Positions 9,893 through 19,454 of a DNA stretch of 51,431 bases are shown here, piece by piece. A model generated the notes under the pieces. That model worked only from the letters and a program-made list of their open reading frames with translations, was not told where the DNA came from and did not search any database. The stretch lies in sequence record DRR723986_4259, one strand, 5' to 3'. A program made the position numbers and the translations under genes. The first letter of the stretch is position 1. Each line of letters begins with the position of its first letter.

Positions 9893-11287
9893 ATGAAACG
9901 ACGCCAATTTGTTAAACACGGTTTGAGCGGCGCGGCACTGACTTGCCTGCCGCGTTTTAGTCTGGCGATGGCCTCGCCGCCAGGTGGCAACAGTGACAAC
10001 GGCGAGCGCTACGATTACGTGCTGCGCGCAGAGCGAGGTAGCGCGACCTTAGTACCTGGCAAACAGAGCGAGATACTGGGCTTTAACGGGCAATTCCCGG
10101 CACCGACCATTCGTGTTCGCCAGGGTGAGAGGCTGCGCCTGCGCTTCGAAAACCACCTGGATGAAGCCAGCACCATTCACTGGCATGGCATTCGCATTGA
10201 CAACGCGATGGACGGCGTACCGGTGCTGAGTCAGGCGCCTGTTCAGCCGGGTGAGAGCTTCCTCTACGATTTTGTTTGCCCCGACGCGGGCACCTTTTGG
10301 TATCACCCCCATATCAACTCCATTCGCCAACTCGGCATGGGAATGGTTGGGGTATTAATCGTGGAAGAGCGGGAACCGCAACCCTACCACGAGGTGATTA
10401 TCGGCCTGAAAGATTGGCGGCTGGATAAAAACGGCGACTACCTGCCGCTCTCCATTCCTAGAGAGGCCTTCCGCGATGGCACACTCGGCACCGTCAACAC
10501 AGTGAATGGCCGCCAGCAACCCACCATTGATATTCCCGCCAACCAGGCCACGCGCCTGCGCGTGCTGAATATGGACAACACGCGGGTATACCGACCGCGC
10601 CTGGATGGAAATTCGCCGCGCATTCTCGCCCTGGATGGCAGCCCCGTAATCCCTCACCGCCCCTTTGAATTAACCCCACTGGGTGCGGGCATGCGTATGG
10701 ATCTCGGTTTTGTCGCCCCGGAGCCCGGTAGAGAGTTTGCTCTCTACGATCAAAAAGGCCGCTTTGGTGTCGAGCTGTGTCGCCTGCGCACGGTAGACAG
10801 TAAACCGCCATCACCGCCGGCAAACACCGTGACGAGTTTGCCGCCCAACCCGATTGCAATACCCAACCTTGAACAGGCCGAATTACTGCGCTTTGTCTTT
10901 GAGTGGCAGGGCGCGCTGTCGCCGCTTGACCGGGATGGAAATGCCGACCACAGCTTTTGGCTGATTAACCGCCGCGCCTGGGGTTCGCACGGCCACCATA
11001 GCCTTCCCGAACCACTGGCGACACTGAGCCTTGGCAAAAGCTATATCGCCGAGTTGCACAACGCCACGCCGCATGCCCACCCTATTCATCTACACGGGTT
11101 GATTTTTACTGTATTGTCTTCTAATAAACGTAAGGTAAACCCCTATCAGAGTGACACCATACTGCTGGAGAAGAACGAACGCGCCCGTATCGCCTTCGTT
11201 GCCGACAACCTCGGCCGCTGGATGTTTCACTGTCACGTGATTGAACACATGAAAACGGGTTTAATGGGTTATATTACTGTGACGTAA
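9893..11287 (+). CDS. Tat-exported three-domain multicopper oxidase (CumA-like)
   Basis: KRRQFVK Tat motif; Cu ligands HWHG, WYHPH, HPIHLHG, HCHVIEHM..G.M. Confidence 0.93.
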   Translation: MKRRQFVKHGLSGAALTCLPRFSLAMASPPGGNSDNGERYDYVLRAERGSATLVPGKQSEILGFNGQFPAPTIRVRQGERLRLRFENHLDEASTIHWHGIRIDNAMDGVPVLSQAPVQPGESFLYDFVCPDAGTFWYHPHINSIRQLGMGMVGVLIVEEREPQPYHEVIIGLKDWRLDKNGDYLPLSIPREAFRDGTLGTVNTVNGRQQPTIDIPANQATRLRVLNMDNTRVYRPRLDGNSPRILALDGSPVIPHRPFELTPLGAGMRMDLGFVAPEPGREFALYDQKGRFGVELCRLRTVDSKPPSPPANTVTSLPPNPIAIPNLEQAELLRFVFEWQGALSPLDRDGNADHSFWLINRRAWGSHGHHSLPEPLATLSLGKSYIAELHNATPHAHPIHLHGLIFTVLSSNKRKVNPYQSDTILLEKNERARIAFVADNLGRWMFHCHVIEHMKTGLMGYITVT

Positions 11288-11373
11288 ATTGTAAGGAGCG
11301 CTATTGAGAGTTAGCCACCAACGCGGCACTGAGATATCCTTTGCGCACTTGGACACGGACATCCAGTAATCTC

Positions 11374-12915
11374 ATGACGCTTACCCGAAAAGCCACTCTG
11401 ATTATCGCTAGCACCATGCTGTTTACCATTTTTTCTGGTTTGCTGGCACGTGAGCTAATACTCAACCCTCATCTGAAGAAAATCGAGAACGCTGCCGACC
11501 TGCGTGACGTGGATCGTTTTGAGCAGGCGGTTGACCGTTACCGCGCTAATCTGGAGAGCCGCATTGGCAGAATATACGCGGCAGCAGGCTTGCTTCAGGG
11601 CCTTGAAGGGCAACTCGATTGGTCCCCGGTAATCTTGCAACTCGCCCATATAGGCGGCTATGGCGAACTGGATTACTTTATCCTAGCGGATGAATCCGGT
11701 GAGAACAGAATTGTAAAAGCCGGCGAAATCGCGGAAAAAACCCGTCACCTTCCCGACAACGCCACCCAAGTTGAGATATTTAACGAGGCAGTATCGCGTC
11801 TTGACCAACAGGGCAGCGCCAGTATTTCCGGCTTGCTACTAAGCGAGGGAGACGGCCCTCTGATCTATGCTGCCGGCCGAGCCAACTGGACCACGGATAA
11901 ACTGCCGTCGATATATATTGCGGTGCGCCGTATCGATGATGCACTGATCGCATCGCTGGGTGAACGGCTCGGCCTCACCGTGAATGCCATGACTCACGAT
12001 GAGAGCATCAAGCAACGCGAGCACTATGGCGTCGGGCTGGGCCAGCGCAGTGAAGATGACACCTTGTACTCCCTGCTCAGGAACGACGCCGGCGACGTTA
12101 TCGTACACATGTGTTTCAAAACAGCGCCGCGCGCCTTTGACGACGAAATTTTCAGCCCAACCATCGTCGCGGCCCTGATCATAGCAACGCTGTCTTGGGC
12201 GGTGGTGATCGTGCTTATGAAACGCGCCGTTATCTACCCCATTGAAAACCTCGCCCAGACCATGCGCCGAATACGGCAGTCGAGTAATTATCAGCAAAAA
12301 CTCAATTACAAACACAATGACGAGCTCGGCAAACTGGTCGATGAATACAATGAGCTCCTGGAACATGTCGCCAACCACACCAGTAAACTCGAAGCCTACT
12401 CTTACAAAGATGCCCTCACCGGCATTGGCAATCGCCGCCTTTTTCAAGAGCGCCTGGATTACCTGTGGAAGCTGGCATCGCGCCGTCAGCTTAGCCTGAG
12501 CGCCATTGTTTTCGACCTGGATTACTTCAAACAGTACAACGACCGCTACGGCCACGACGGCGGCGACCATGTATTGCGTCAGTTTTCTGGCTTACTGAAA
12601 AAACGCTTCACCCGCGAAACCGATGTGATTGCCCGCACGGGTGGGGAAGAATTTATTGTTCTGCTGTTCGATGTGTCCAAGGCCAATGCCCTGAAGTTAG
12701 CGAATAGGCTCGTAGGCGATTTACGCTTATTAGCCATCCCCCACGAAGCCTCGCCGCAATCTGGAGTCGTCTCGGTTAGCGCCGGGGTTGCGTCGTTTAC
12801 CCCAATCAAAGATAACAGCCCCGACGAGCTGATTAGAAAAGCCGACGAAGCACTTTACGAGGCTAAGGCGGCGGGACGGGATCAGGTGTCTATCAGCCCT
12901 GATTCACGCGCTTGA
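11374..12915 (+). CDS. Membrane-bound diguanylate cyclase (periplasmic sensor, HAMP, GGDEF)
   Basis: Two TM segments, HAMP (DELGKL), DALTGIGNRR, DLDYFKQYND, I-site RETD, intact GGEEF. Confidence 0.92.
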   Translation: MTLTRKATLIIASTMLFTIFSGLLARELILNPHLKKIENAADLRDVDRFEQAVDRYRANLESRIGRIYAAAGLLQGLEGQLDWSPVILQLAHIGGYGELDYFILADESGENRIVKAGEIAEKTRHLPDNATQVEIFNEAVSRLDQQGSASISGLLLSEGDGPLIYAAGRANWTTDKLPSIYIAVRRIDDALIASLGERLGLTVNAMTHDESIKQREHYGVGLGQRSEDDTLYSLLRNDAGDVIVHMCFKTAPRAFDDEIFSPTIVAALIIATLSWAVVIVLMKRAVIYPIENLAQTMRRIRQSSNYQQKLNYKHNDELGKLVDEYNELLEHVANHTSKLEAYSYKDALTGIGNRRLFQERLDYLWKLASRRQLSLSAIVFDLDYFKQYNDRYGHDGGDHVLRQFSGLLKKRFTRETDVIARTGGEEFIVLLFDVSKANALKLANRLVGDLRLLAIPHEASPQSGVVSVSAGVASFTPIKDNSPDELIRKADEALYEAKAAGRDQVSISPDSRA

Positions 12916-12954
12916 CCGCATTACGCCATCTTTCGCGCAAAAGAATTCGGACAT

Positions 12955-12986
12955 AAAAAAACGGGGGCTTCAACGCCCCCGTTTTT
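12955..12986. terminator. Bidirectional intrinsic terminator
   Basis: AAAAAAACGGGGGC-ttcaac-GCCCCCGTTTTT between convergent genes. Confidence 0.85.
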
Positions 12987-13003
12987 CGTTCGCGCCGCTG
13001 TTG

Positions 13004-14695
13004 TTATTTACCCGACTCTGCACTCAGGCTAACAACATTACTCGCCGCGCCGCTGCTCACTTCAGCTTCGGGCTTAAGTATCGACTCAACAGGCTCCGCT
13101 GCGCCACTGCGCTTGGCTGTGGTCGCCGACTTGGTTGAGCTGGCTTTGGTGGATGCCGCACGTGCCTTTTTAACCGGGGCCTTAGCAACAGCACCGCTGC
13201 CGGCTTTCTTCACGGCTTTTTTGGCAGGCGCTTTCTTGCGCGCTTTGGGCTTCTTGGCCTCCGCTTCCTGCTTGCTGATATCCGCCTTCACCGCTTCCAG
13301 CAGTTCCTGGAAGGCTTTCTCGACACATTCGCGGTAGAAAGCAGGGTCCGGCATGCTGTCGCGATCGCCCAGAATCGACATGGTCACGACACCGGATGAG
13401 CTAAATACCAAGTGGAATAGCCCTACGCCCGGTGTGAGCAGGCCCAGCCCGTAATAGCGCACCATCTGCGCACCCGCGGAATACAGTGGGAACGGAGGCC
13501 CTGCTACATTTGACACCACGGAGCTGATACCCAGAGGCAAGTGCTGCGTCAGTTCGTTATTGACGTAAGTATTGACGATGGGCCGTGTCATTGCTGGCGG
13601 CATCACGCCGGCCAAGCGCAGCACATCAACCAGGGGCGAGTTTTCTCCGAAGGTCTTGGCGTCCTGGCTGCTTTGATAAATGGCTTTCAAGCGTGCCAGC
13701 GGGTCATCCAGCTCGGTGTGCACTTCAACGAACACCGATCCGACCTGGTTATTCTCATCAGACACCCCGCGGCGCGTGCGCATGTTCAGCGGGATGGACA
13801 CCGCCAGGCTGTCCTCGGGTAATTCGTTGTGGTGCTGCAGGTATTTGCGCATCGCCCCGCCGACCACGGATAACACCACGTCGTTGATTTTGACGCCGCT
13901 ATGGTTCTTCACAAGCTTGACGTCTTCCAGCGAGAACTCTGCTGCTTCAAACACGCGGTAGGGGCCAACAGGGGTGTTAAAGCGCGTGCGCGGCGAGGTG
14001 ATAGACGGCATGGGAATGCGCTTGCGCGCAACGCCCCACGCCAGCTTGCCCAAATCCGCAAGGGTATTGGCGGCGCCGCCCAGCATTTTCACACTGTTTT
14101 TCAGCTGATTAACAGCCGTCGCCGTTCCCAGATACAGCGGGCTTGGCGCGATATCGACCATGACCGTTTCCGGGGCTTCCGGCACCGCTTCGGGGTCGGG
14201 CTCAAGATCGTGAATCACCGACATAATTGACGAGCCGCCAGCGCCATCAACCAGTGAGTGATGCATCTTGGTGTAGATGGCAAAGCCCCCTTTCGGCACA
14301 CCAGGGATATTGTCCAGACCCTCGATAATATAGGCCTCCCAGAGCGGGCGCGACATATCGAGTGGACGGGCGTGTAGGCGAGCAATCAGGATACACAGCT
14401 GGCGCCAATCGCCGGGCTGGGGTAAGGCGAGATGGCGAATGTGAAACTCGACATCAAAATTGGCATCTTGCACCCAGTAGGGACGGTCAAGCTTACCCGG
14501 CACATTCACCAATCTGGAACGGAAAATTGAGTGTTTCTTTAAACGCCGCTCAAAGTTTGCGATCACACCCTTAAAGCGCACAAAACCACCCGGCGCCGTC
14601 GAGGGGTCATAAATACCCATTCCCCCAACGTGCTGTGGTGTATTGGGGTGTTCCAAATTGACAAACGCGGTATCGAGTACGCCTAACTGCTTCAT
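13004..14695 (-). CDS. Wax ester synthase/diacylglycerol acyltransferase (WS/DGAT) with Lys/Ala-rich C-terminal tail
   Basis: Catalytic HHSLVDG (HHxxxDG), LDMSRPLWE, INDVVL, SNVAGP. Confidence 0.93.
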   Translation of the reverse strand: MKQLGVLDTAFVNLEHPNTPQHVGGMGIYDPSTAPGGFVRFKGVIANFERRLKKHSIFRSRLVNVPGKLDRPYWVQDANFDVEFHIRHLALPQPGDWRQLCILIARLHARPLDMSRPLWEAYIIEGLDNIPGVPKGGFAIYTKMHHSLVDGAGGSSIMSVIHDLEPDPEAVPEAPETVMVDIAPSPLYLGTATAVNQLKNSVKMLGGAANTLADLGKLAWGVARKRIPMPSITSPRTRFNTPVGPYRVFEAAEFSLEDVKLVKNHSGVKINDVVLSVVGGAMRKYLQHHNELPEDSLAVSIPLNMRTRRGVSDENNQVGSVFVEVHTELDDPLARLKAIYQSSQDAKTFGENSPLVDVLRLAGVMPPAMTRPIVNTYVNNELTQHLPLGISSVVSNVAGPPFPLYSAGAQMVRYYGLGLLTPGVGLFHLVFSSSGVVTMSILGDRDSMPDPAFYRECVEKAFQELLEAVKADISKQEAEAKKPKARKKAPAKKAVKKAGSGAVAKAPVKKARAASTKASSTKSATTAKRSGAAEPVESILKPEAEVSSGAASNVVSLSAESGK

Positions 14696-14876
14696 CCTTT
14701 AAACCTCATGTTCCTGTATCCGTGCAACGGCCGATCAGTAAATTATTGTTTTGGGGCCACACTGCACACCTCTCCAGCTCAATGCACAGTTTGTTCCAAC
14801 AGTGTAAAACTGAATGCTGCTCGGCGCTATAGCCTGATGGCCCAATACTGGTGACAGTTTGGGCCAGTGCCCGCTC

Positions 14877-15830
14877 CTAGCTCTGCCCATCCTTGGTGCG
14901 GCTGCGCTGACGCTCCGGCGGCGGAGCACCAACATGAGGCACGTTGCGTTGCCGCGCCAGTTCTATCTGCTTTTGGCGATCGCGAAAACGCTGCCGTTGC
15001 TCGTCAGTGAGCGTGTCGTGGCACGCGGGGCAACTTACCCCCTCTTCATATTTATCGCTCTGCCGGTCGGCGTCGGTAATGGGCCAGCGGCAACCGTGGC
15101 ACAGTGCGTATTCACCCGGCTCCAGGCCTTGTTTCACGGATACTCTGTTATCAAACACAAAACACTCGCCCTGCCAAAGGCTATCGGGCTGGTCGACCTC
15201 CTCCAGGTATTTGAGAATGCCGCCCTCCAGGTGATAGACCTCTTCAAACCCTTCGCGTTTCATAAACGCTGAGGCCTTTTCACAACGAATGCCGCCGGTG
15301 CAAAACATAGCAACTTTTTTGTGCTTGGCGGGATTGTAGTTCTGACGCACATATTCCGGGAATTGGCGGAAGCTCTCGGTTTTCGGGTCGACGGCCCCCT
15401 TAAAAGTGCCAATCTCCACTTCGTAGTCGTTGCGCGTATCGATCAATACCACGTCGGGGTCAGAAATTAAGGCATTCCAATCTTTTGGCTTTACGTAGGT
15501 GCCCACGACTTCGTTCGGGTCGATGCCGTCGATCCCCATGGTAACGATTTCTTTCTTCAGCTTTACCTTCATACGGTAAAAGGGTTGGCTGTTATCGAAG
15601 GACTCTTTATGGCTGAGATCTGCCAACCTGGGGTCAGCTTTCAGATAGGCCAATAGGCTATCGATGGCCTCGCGACTGCCTGCGACGGTACCGTTGATGC
15701 CCTCTTCGGCCAGCAGCAATGTGCCGCGAATATTCTGGGCAAGGCAATGGTCAAGCAATGGCTCTCTCAGTTCGTGAAAGTCTGGCAGGCTGACAAACTT
15801 ATACAGCGCCGCTACAACAATGTTTGACAT
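14877..15830 (-). CDS. trhO: Rhodanese-domain tRNA uridine(34) hydroxylase (TrhO/YceA)
   Basis: [44 protein letters not shown]; true start ATG 15830, right after bolA. Confidence 0.92.
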   Translation of the reverse strand: MSNIVVAALYKFVSLPDFHELREPLLDHCLAQNIRGTLLLAEEGINGTVAGSREAIDSLLAYLKADPRLADLSHKESFDNSQPFYRMKVKLKKEIVTMGIDGIDPNEVVGTYVKPKDWNALISDPDVVLIDTRNDYEVEIGTFKGAVDPKTESFRQFPEYVRQNYNPAKHKKVAMFCTGGIRCEKASAFMKREGFEEVYHLEGGILKYLEEVDQPDSLWQGECFVFDNRVSVKQGLEPGEYALCHGCRWPITDADRQSDKYEEGVSCPACHDTLTDEQRQRFRDRQKQIELARQRNVPHVGAPPPERQRSRTKDGQS

Positions 15831-15831
15831 A

Positions 15832-16158
15832 TCAGCCTTTGGCCTCCTTTTTGCTGCCACCGAGGCACTGCGGCGAATCGGGAACCGCTGCCGTTTTTTC
15901 CTGCCATTCCTCAGGGCTAAACAGGTGAAGGGCCAGCGCATGTACCGGTCCGGCCAATTCCTCGGCAAGTGCAGCGTAGACGGCCTGGTGTCTGGCCACT
16001 CGCCGCTTACCGCTAAAGCCCTCGGCAACAATGACAAGCTTAAAGTGAGTTTCAGAGTCTTTGGGCACGCTGTGCATATGACTTTCATTGGTCACTTCAA
16101 AGTGAGTCGGCGACAAGGCATCTGTAATTTTGTCGCGAATGGCCTGTTCAATGTGCAT
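15832..16158 (-). CDS. bolA: BolA-family protein
   Basis: [38 protein letters not shown]. Confidence 0.93.
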   Translation of the reverse strand: MHIEQAIRDKITDALSPTHFEVTNESHMHSVPKDSETHFKLVIVAEGFSGKRRVARHQAVYAALAEELAGPVHALALHLFSPEEWQEKTAAVPDSPQCLGGSKKEAKG

Positions 16159-16188
16159 GGTGCTCTACTCCTGCTAAATCCTCGCTCA

Positions 16189-16515
16189 TTATACACCGCG
16201 AGCACGCCGTGCTGCGGCAACAGCATCGGCAGCCCAAAGAATTAATTCGTCGGCCTCATCAATGAGTTCCTCCGGCGCAAGCCGGTAGCTGAGTTCAACC
16301 CACTGATGTCGGCGTTGGTATCGAAACGGCGGCAAATCGCGCTGTTCATAGTTGCCGGTATTGTTTGAATCCACCTTGAAATACAGCTGCTCATCAGCGA
16401 TCAGCGCGAACATCAGTCCGTCGCAAAAGATGCCGTAGCCGCCAAACATACGCCGCGCGCTAACCGCGCCCAGCGGCTGTAACTGCTCCAACAGGTAAGA
16501 AATACCTTCATCCAC
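16189..16515 (-). CDS. TfoX/Sxy N-terminal-domain protein
   Basis: ARRMFGGYGIF..GLMFALI...LYFKVD; probable GTG start overlapping the upstream stop. Confidence 0.85.
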   Translation of the reverse strand: MDEGISYLLEQLQPLGAVSARRMFGGYGIFCDGLMFALIADEQLYFKVDSNNTGNYEQRDLPPFRYQRRHQWVELSYRLAPEELIDEADELILWAADAVAAARRARGV

Positions 16516-17548
16516 AGGGCGCCTCCTCAATTAACGCCAGTCGCTCGGCCAGCAAGTCCGCGTTGGCAGCGAGTCCCCAGCGCATATAACCGTATTCGCC
16601 GCAGCGATAAACCCGGCACAGTAGCCCCTGCTTCAGGGCCTGCATCGCCCACTTTTCCGCCTGCCCCAGCGGCATTTTTAGCGTGGTGAATAGCGGCGTC
16701 ACCGTCCAGTGTTCGACGTCGCGCCCAAAGCAGCGCAGCAGCTGTTGCGCCTGTTGGTGTGCGACAAGCGGCAATTGCTGCCTCATCGTTTCCTGCCATT
16801 CACGGTCGGCGAATAACTGCTGCCCAATCAGCTGCGCGGCATGATTAACCGACCAGGGCCCAAGTTGCTCGCGCAAGCGGATAATCGTCTCTGGGTGACT
16901 CAGCACGGCGCCCAGACGCAGCCCGGGCAAACCAAAGAACTTTCCTACCGAGCGCAGCAGCACAACGCGCTTATCGGCCAACAAGGCATTGGCCTGATAG
17001 GCCGGCACACAATCCACATAGGCTTGATCAATTACCAGGCAACCCTCTGGCGGCAGTAGCGCCAACCACTGCGCGACAACGGTGACCGGGAGTTGCTGGC
17101 CATCGGGGTTATTGGGGTTGATCAGCACTAAATACTGAATATCTTGCTCGCGAATTTGCGCGGCCACGGCCTCGCTGCTGTAGTCGCTGAAAAACCGGCA
17201 GTGATGCCCCCCCAGCTGCCAGCGGTAGGCGTGTTCTTCGTAGGCCACGGCGGGCAACAGCACATTGCCCTGGGGGTACAACTGCGGCAGCAACTGGATT
17301 ACCGGTTGGCTGCCACCACACAGCAACAACTGCGCAACATCAACCTGGTAATAGGCCGCTGCCGACGCCTGTAATGCGGGGTTTTCATAGGGCAATTCCG
17401 TAAAGCAATGGCTCGGCAAGGCCGGAACCGGCCAGGGCCAGGGGTTAATCCCGGTGGCCAGATTTAACAAGGGCCTCGGCATACCTTCGGGATAGTGAAG
17501 CTCATTGGGGTCACCACCGTGGCGAGGCGGCACGATTCGCTCGCTCAT
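16508..17548 (-). CDS. cobD: Threonine-phosphate decarboxylase (Salmonella CobD / Pseudomonas CobC), PLP-dependent
   Basis: N-terminal HGG, LATGINP, NPNNPDG, IDQAY, RSVGKFFGLPGLRLG, GPWSVN; ATGA overlap with cbiB. Confidence 0.85.
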   Translation of the reverse strand: MSERIVPPRHGGDPNELHYPEGMPRPLLNLATGINPWPWPVPALPSHCFTELPYENPALQASAAAYYQVDVAQLLLCGGSQPVIQLLPQLYPQGNVLLPAVAYEEHAYRWQLGGHHCRFFSDYSSEAVAAQIREQDIQYLVLINPNNPDGQQLPVTVVAQWLALLPPEGCLVIDQAYVDCVPAYQANALLADKRVVLLRSVGKFFGLPGLRLGAVLSHPETIIRLREQLGPWSVNHAAQLIGQQLFADREWQETMRQQLPLVAHQQAQQLLRCFGRDVEHWTVTPLFTTLKMPLGQAEKWAMQALKQGLLCRVYRCGEYGYMRWGLAANADLLAERLALIEEAPCG

Positions 17549-18510
17549 AGTAATGCTCCCACCAATGCACTGAGCAACCACACCGCGCAAACCGTATCCA
17601 CCAAGCGCACACTCCGCCGCACATCCCCCGGCTGGGGCAGGCGACCTGCGCCCAGCGTCGCGCGCTGTTGCTGCTGGCCATGGTAATTGGCGGCGCCTCC
17701 GACAGTGATGCCTAAAGCGGCGGCGCCGCTGGCCATTACCGCGCCGGCGTTAATGCTCTTCCAGCGCCACCCCTGAAAAACCAGGCAGCGAATCGCGCTC
17801 GCGGAGAAAGACACCAACGCAAAGCTCAGCGCGGTGAGCTGAGCGGGAATAAAATTCAACACATCATCGCAGCGCGCCGCCACGCGGCCGAACAAATTAA
17901 AACGCGCATTGCGGTAGCCCCACATCGCATCCAGGGTATTGCTCAAACGGTGCACAAGCACCCCGCAAGGGCCCGCCACGGCAAACCAAAACAGCGAGGC
18001 AAACAGCGCATCACTGCTATTTTCCAACGTCGTCTCGATGCTGGCACTGAGCACCTGGGCGTCGTTGAGCTCTGCCGTGTCCCGGCTGACTATGTATGAC
18101 AAAGCCTGCCTGGCACCGGGAAGATCACGCTGTTCTAACGCCGTTAAAATCGGCTGCACATGCTCGCGCATACTCTGCCAGCCGACGGCCAAATACAAAA
18201 TGACCACGGACAACAACGCCTCCAGCAAAGGGGAGAATTCGCTCAGCACAACACTGATGCCATAGAGCATAAGCACCGGAGGCAGCACCGCGACGGTGTA
18301 TGCCAGAGCACCTGCCCACAATTTGAGAGAGCCACTTCCCCGGTTGAGCCTGGCCTCCAGATAATGCGCAAATCTGCCAAAGCCAACCAGTGGGTGGCAG
18401 CGACGCGGCTCGCCGAATACACGATCGGCAAGCAATGCAAGCAGAGCGAGTACTGCGGTGGGTATAGTGAGTTCTGTCATGGTATTGGCGAGCTGCGCGG
18501 GCACAGCCAT
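17545..18510 (-). CDS. cbiB: Adenosylcobinamide-phosphate synthase CbiB
   Basis: D..FGEP...HPLVGFG, IVSRDT, ETTLENSSD, NTLDAMWGYRN, DDVLNFIPAQLT, SINAG; start uncertain (18510 or 18480). Confidence 0.92.
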   Translation of the reverse strand: MAVPAQLANTMTELTIPTAVLALLALLADRVFGEPRRCHPLVGFGRFAHYLEARLNRGSGSLKLWAGALAYTVAVLPPVLMLYGISVVLSEFSPLLEALLSVVILYLAVGWQSMREHVQPILTALEQRDLPGARQALSYIVSRDTAELNDAQVLSASIETTLENSSDALFASLFWFAVAGPCGVLVHRLSNTLDAMWGYRNARFNLFGRVAARCDDVLNFIPAQLTALSFALVSFSASAIRCLVFQGWRWKSINAGAVMASGAAALGITVGGAANYHGQQQQRATLGAGRLPQPGDVRRSVRLVDTVCAVWLLSALVGALL

Positions 18511-18540
18511 GATCTCAGGTGAGTCGATGCAAGGGGCGGG

Positions 18541-18569
18541 ACTGTAATCAAGGGGCAATCGGCGGTCAA
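18541..18569 (-). promoter_or_regulatory. Putative sigma70 promoter for cbiB-cobD-tfoX-bolA-trhO
   Basis: Minus strand TTGACC-N17-TACAGT in the intergenic gap. Confidence 0.6.
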
Positions 18570-18580
18570 GGTTGGCGCGG

Positions 18581-19339
18581 TTATTCGCCCTGCAAGCGAT
18601 AGAATTCGACGGCATTTTCCCACAACACACAGCGCGCATCGCTATCGCCAAGTGCATTGCCGATGATCTCAATATCTATTGGATTAAATGGCCTAGGCGA
18701 GCGCGTTGAAGGTAAGTCAGTGCCGAACATCAAGGCCTTTGGGTTAATGCTATGGAGGCGTTTGACGACCTGACTGACAGCGAAGTCGACCCGTCCAAAG
18801 CCCGTTGCCTTAACCTTGACGCCCCTCTCAACCAAACGATACAGCAGCGGCAACCCGGCCTTACTCAAGCCCAGGTGATCAATGCTTACCGCCGGCAGCG
18901 CACACAGCGGCGTTTCCAATTCTTCCAGTGCTGCGCTGTCGCAGTAGATTTCCGTATGCCAACCCAATAGCTCGTGCACCCGATTTGCAAACGAAAACAG
19001 GTGCTGCACCGACTCCGAGCCCCCCCGCCGCAAATTAAAACGAACGGCGCGAACCCGCTGGCGGTCGAGTGCCACCAAAGTATCATCAGGAGTGTCATGG
19101 GGCAGCTGGGTAACGCCCACAAAGTGCGGGCCCAGGCTGGCGAGCGCGGCTTGCAGGTAGGACTGATCAAAGCTCTGAAATGACCCAGACACCACTGCCC
19201 CTCCGGCAATGCCGAGGTCAGCCGTCTGGTGGATATAATCGTCGACAGTAAACGCAGACGGCAGAAAGCCCTGATTGCTGGTCAATGGGTAGGCTGGATC
19301 GATGATATGCAAATGTGCATCGAAAATAAGATGGTCCAT
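18581..19339 (-). CDS. Amidohydrolase family 2 protein (2-pyrone-4,6-dicarboxylate lactonase-like)
   Basis: DAHLH (HxH), VSGSFQ, IDHLG, VKATGFGR, MFGTDLP; ATG 19339 with GGAG RBS. Confidence 0.85.
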   Translation of the reverse strand: MDHLIFDAHLHIIDPAYPLTSNQGFLPSAFTVDDYIHQTADLGIAGGAVVSGSFQSFDQSYLQAALASLGPHFVGVTQLPHDTPDDTLVALDRQRVRAVRFNLRRGGSESVQHLFSFANRVHELLGWHTEIYCDSAALEELETPLCALPAVSIDHLGLSKAGLPLLYRLVERGVKVKATGFGRVDFAVSQVVKRLHSINPKALMFGTDLPSTRSPRPFNPIDIEIIGNALGDSDARCVLWENAVEFYRLQGE

Positions 19340-19454
19340 TGCCACTCCGCTCCAACGTTGGGTCGCTGCTCAGGGCCGTGAAGACGCCCGATGAGCTTGA
19401 TCAAAAATCATACAGCGCATCCAACATGGCAGATGAATAGCCACTTTGCAAACC

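Noticed and set aside
11839-12570. 243-aa minus-strand ORF
   Set aside because: Antisense shadow of the diguanylate cyclase
14839-14865. Imperfect inverted repeat GGCCCAAtACTG-gtga-CAGTTTGGGCC after trhO
   Set aside because: No U-tract and no second copy seen; cannot assign terminator, REP or operator function
15831-16088. N-terminal extension of trhO in the ORF track (apparent overlap or fusion with bolA)
   Set aside because: TrhO homology starts at ATG 15830; the extension is an alternative frame of bolA
16508-17548. CobD as a supplier of phosphoethanolamine for BcsG
   Set aside because: BcsG uses phosphatidylethanolamine as donor, and CobD is translationally coupled to cbiB
18511-18580. 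Possible cobalamin riboswitch upstream of cbiB
   Set aside because: Gap is only about 70 bp, no B12-box seen, and it is explained by a sigma70 promoter
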